Part shown: positions 60,896-64,000 of the stretch, in pieces
Layout of the letters: each line of letters begins with the position of its first letter
Numbering within the stretch: the stretch's first letter is position 1
From: an uncultured Bacillota bacterium
GTDB lineage: Bacteria; Bacillota; DTU025; MWDF01
Length of the DNA stretch: 64,000 nucleotides
Direction of reading: 5' to 3'
Assembly (NCBI GenBank): GCA_963823655.1
Contig: CAWGMK010000006.1
Location: 160,001 to 224,000 of the forward strand
Program-made: the position numbers and the translations under genes
The notes under the pieces: model-generated
Told to the model about the DNA's origin: nothing
What the model saw: the letters and a program-made list of their open reading frames with translations, nothing else
Databases searched by the model: none

Positions 60896-62212
60896 ATGGC
60901 TGTGAGGACATTCATCGGTGGAATCCACCCGGTATCGTGCAAATTCACCGGGGATTTGCCGATAGTAGCCGGCAAGCTGCCAGCTAAGCTGACGGTGCCG
61001 GTCGGTCCCTCTTGGGTCGGCTACACCGTTCTGGCGCCCAGGGGCACCGAAGTAAAAGTGGGCCAGAAGCTAGCCGACAATGAGGGCTTTATGTGCGTTC
61101 CTACGCACTCCCCCGTATCAGGGAAAGTGGTTGACGTAAAACCTTACAGGGGGCCCAACGGCCTCGAGTACCTCGGGATCACGATCGAAACTGACGGCAG
61201 GCAGGACATACACGAGAGCGTGCAGCCCCTGCCAGCTTTGGAGACGATGAGCCCCGAGGACATCAGGAAGGCCATTAGGGAGGCCGGCATGCTGGGACAG
61301 GGCGGGGCTGAGTTCCCGACACACGTCAAGCTATCTCTCCCCCAGGGCTGCAAAGTGGACACTTTGGTTGTAAATGGCGGTGAATGCGAACCGTACCTGA
61401 CAGCCGACCACAGGATTATGCTAGAGCACGCGGAGAAAGTCGTTCACGGGACTTCCATCCTGATGAGGAGCATCGGCGTAGACCGGGCGATCATCGGCGT
61501 AGAGGACAACAAGATGGATGCCGTGATGGCATTGAACAGCGCAGCGCTTTCCTATAAGGGAATAGAGATTGCGGCGTGCAAGGCAAATTATCCGCAAGGA
61601 TATGAGAAGTCGATGATCAAAGCGACGCTAGGGCGCGAAGTGCCCCCAGGCGGGCTGCCTAGGGATGTCGGCGTGGTAGTCGTCAATGTCGGCACCGCCG
61701 CATCAATATCCGAGAGATTCCGCACAGGCATGCCCCTTATAAAAAGGATTGTGACCGTAGGCGGCTCAGCCGTGCAGAATCCGTCGAACATCGAAGCCCT
61801 TATCGGGACCTACGCCCAGGACCTTGTGGAACAGTGCGGCGGCACTAAAGGCGAGGTGGGGAAGGTCATCTTCGGCGGCCCCATGATGGGAGTCGCCGCA
61901 TCAGGCCTTAACTTCCCGGTCTCGAAGGGAACGTCCGGGATAATCCTGTTCGACCGCAAGGAGACGCTCTTCTGGAAAGAGATGCCTTGCATAAGATGCG
62001 GCAGGTGCAATGAAGTCTGCCCGATGTTCATTGAGCCTTCTGAGATACACAAGTACGCCCTTGCAGGCGATATGCAAAGGGCTGAAAAGCTAAACGCCGT
62101 AGATTGCATGGAGTGCGGGAGCTGTTCATACGTGTGCCCGTCAAAGAGGCCTATAGTGCAGTCTATCAAGCTGGCCAAGCAGTACGTGCAGGCCAAGCGC
62201 GGCAAGAAGTGA
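60896..62212 (+). CDS. rnfC: Rnf complex subunit C
   Basis: FIGGIHP, GQGGAEFPTHVK, ECEPYLTAD, YPQGYEK, GGPMMG, two CxxCxxCxxxCP motifs. Confidence 0.95.
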   Translation: MAVRTFIGGIHPVSCKFTGDLPIVAGKLPAKLTVPVGPSWVGYTVLAPRGTEVKVGQKLADNEGFMCVPTHSPVSGKVVDVKPYRGPNGLEYLGITIETDGRQDIHESVQPLPALETMSPEDIRKAIREAGMLGQGGAEFPTHVKLSLPQGCKVDTLVVNGGECEPYLTADHRIMLEHAEKVVHGTSILMRSIGVDRAIIGVEDNKMDAVMALNSAALSYKGIEIAACKANYPQGYEKSMIKATLGREVPPGGLPRDVGVVVVNVGTAASISERFRTGMPLIKRIVTVGGSAVQNPSNIEALIGTYAQDLVEQCGGTKGEVGKVIFGGPMMGVAASGLNFPVSKGTSGIILFDRKETLFWKEMPCIRCGRCNEVCPMFIEPSEIHKYALAGDMQRAEKLNAVDCMECGSCSYVCPSKRPIVQSIKLAKQYVQAKRGKK

Positions 62213-62219
62213 CGGGGTG

Positions 62220-63198
62220 ATGGACATGTCAGATAACGGCCTAATAATCACTGCGGCTCCGCACATAAGAGAAAGGGTGGCGACACCCAGAATCATGAGG
62301 GCGGTATTCGCGGCCCTAGTGCCGGCTCCGCCTGCGGAATATATTTCTTCGGGCCCTGGGCTGCGATCAATATCGTAGTCGGCGTGGCGTCTGCAGTCAT
62401 CTTGGAGTACCTGATACAGAAGATATGGAAGCTCGAGATAACCATTAGCGACGGTTCGGCTGCCCTTGACAGGGCTTTTCATAGCGATGAGTCATGCCTC
62501 CGGCAGTAGAACCATGGGTGACCGCACTTGCGTGCCTTATAGCCATAGGGCCCGGCAAAATGGTGTTCGGCGGCTGGGCTTCAACATATTCAATCCCGCG
62601 CTAATCGGAAGGACCTTTGCGGCGCTCGCTTGGCCTGGCGGTCGTAGGCGCAGGTTATGTGGCGCCCGGCGGCATAGAGGCCTGGATAGCGAGGTTTCGA
62701 CGTAGTTTCGACAGCGACTCCGCTCACACTGCTGAAGACGGAGAGATCGGAGGCACAACGCTTTCAAAGTACTATTGCCCGCTCTTCTTTGGCAATGTTG
62801 CAGGGTCGCTCGGGGAGACTTCGGCGGTTGCGCTTCTTATCGGGGCGCTATTCCTGCTCTTTGCAGGCATCATTACACTGAGGATACCGCTGGTCTACAT
62901 ATTGACTACAGTAGGCCTTGCCATGGCTTTCAATCAGGATCCGATCTTCCATCTGCTGTCGGGAGGCCTGATTCTTGGAGCATTCTTCATGGCCACAGAC
63001 TATGTGACAAGCCCGATAAAGCCTACCGCGCAGATAGTATATGCGGTGGGGTTAGGGGTATTCACGTTCCTTATAAGGATGTTCGGCAGCTATCCTGAGG
63101 GCGTGGCGTTCTCGATACTTCTTATGAACTGCTTCGTGCCGCTCATTGAGAGGTTCGGCAAGCCGAGGCGTTTCGGGGAGGTGCGCAACCATGCGTGA
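62220..63198 (+). CDS. rnfD: Rnf complex subunit D (several frameshifts)
   Basis: APHIR, NIFNPALIGR, GSLGETS, GAFFMATDYVTSP, YPEGVAFSILLMN. Confidence 0.88.
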
Positions 63199-63753
63199 TC
63201 TAGTTAAGTACGGAGCGATACTGACGATAATATGCATAGTTTCCGGCGTTTCATTGGCCTTCGTTTACAGCAAGACCAGCGTGATAATCGCCGACAGGCA
63301 GGCAAAAGAAGCGATGAAGGCAATGGCAGTAGTGCTTCCCGCAGCGACGGATTTCGTAGAGATTCCGGCGGACGAGCTTTCGCAGCGGCGGGAGAGGCTA
63401 CAGGAATTCTGCAGGCATACCTCGGAAAGCCGCGGATGAGACCGTAGGGGCGATTGTAAAAGTGGAAAGCCCGGGTTACGGCGGCATGATATCATGCTAA
63501 TTGGCATGGATAGCTGCGGAGTATGCCAGGGCATGCAGGTCATAAGCCAGAGCGAGACGCCCGGGCCTCGGGGCCAATGTCAAGGAAGAGGCCTTCTATG
63601 GCCAGTTCGCTGGACAAGCAGGGACGTATTGTCCCTGAAGAAAGCGGGCGGCAGACATCGACGCGATATCGGGCGCCACGATTTCGTCCAAGGCGTGCGG
63701 TTGCCGGGGTCAATAAGGCCCTTGATGTGGCAAGAGCGCTCCTTGGGCTGTAG
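63191..63753 (+). CDS. rnfG: Rnf complex subunit G (frameshifted)
   Basis: N-terminal TM segment, PGYGG, QSETPG and the DAISGATISS FMN-binding motif spread over shifting frames. Confidence 0.8.
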
Positions 63754-63766
63754 GGAGGAATCGAAG

Positions 63767-64000
63767 ATGAGCGCAATCAAGGAATTCAAGAAGGGTTTAT
63801 GGGCGGAGAGCCCGACCTTCGTACTGCTCATTGGCATGTGCCCTACAATGGTGTCTTCGACATGCGGTGTCAAATGCGCTGGGAATGGGGCTTGCCGCAA
63901 CATTCGTTTTGGTCTTCAGCAACCTGTTCATAGCGGCCCTTAGGAGCATAATACCTGACAAGATAAGGATCCCCTGCTTCATCGTTGTAATTGCGACCTT
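63767..64000 (+). CDS. rnfE: Rnf complex subunit E (partial, frameshifted)
   Basis: SPTFVLLIGMCPT...GMGLA..FVL..SN...IPDKIRIPCFIVVIAT. Confidence 0.85.

Overview
Chromosomal segment from an anaerobic Bacillota-like bacterium (disA, sigH, T-box leader, Rex, Rnf/Nfn). Layout: (i) 1-11.5 kb housekeeping block disA-yacL-ispD-ispF-[three inserted secreted-protein genes]-cysS-mrnC-rlmB-sigH, then tRNA-Arg; (ii) ~12-38 kb accessory region with small redox proteins, two paralogous lipoproteins, a PadR module, a decayed IS3, a Cthe_2159-type lipoprotein, three secreted Ig/DUF11 proteins, dpaL, a HerA-like ATPase, a two-component system with a secreted ferritin-like protein, mnmA, an acyltransferase and ktrB; (iii) tRNA-His/tRNA-Gly, tig-clpP-clpX-lon, EF-G2, T-box-valS-nth-folC operon; (iv) a redox cluster rseC-rex-12-haem cytochrome-nfnA-nfnB-fhs-rnfCDGE running off the end. 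Many genes, including valS, carry single-base frameshifts that are most likely sequencing errors. Two leading candidates for a new system: a circularly permuted, internally duplicated DUF11 protein whose N-terminal hairpin could complete the truncated C-terminal domain of the next subunit (possible isopeptide-linked, sortase-independent filament, with an upstream acceptor-only partner), and a membrane-anchored dodecahaem cytochrome (NapC/NrfH-like head plus three trihaem repeats) tightly linked to Nfn, Fhs and Rnf. All family assignments are from motif recognition by eye; no database searches were run.
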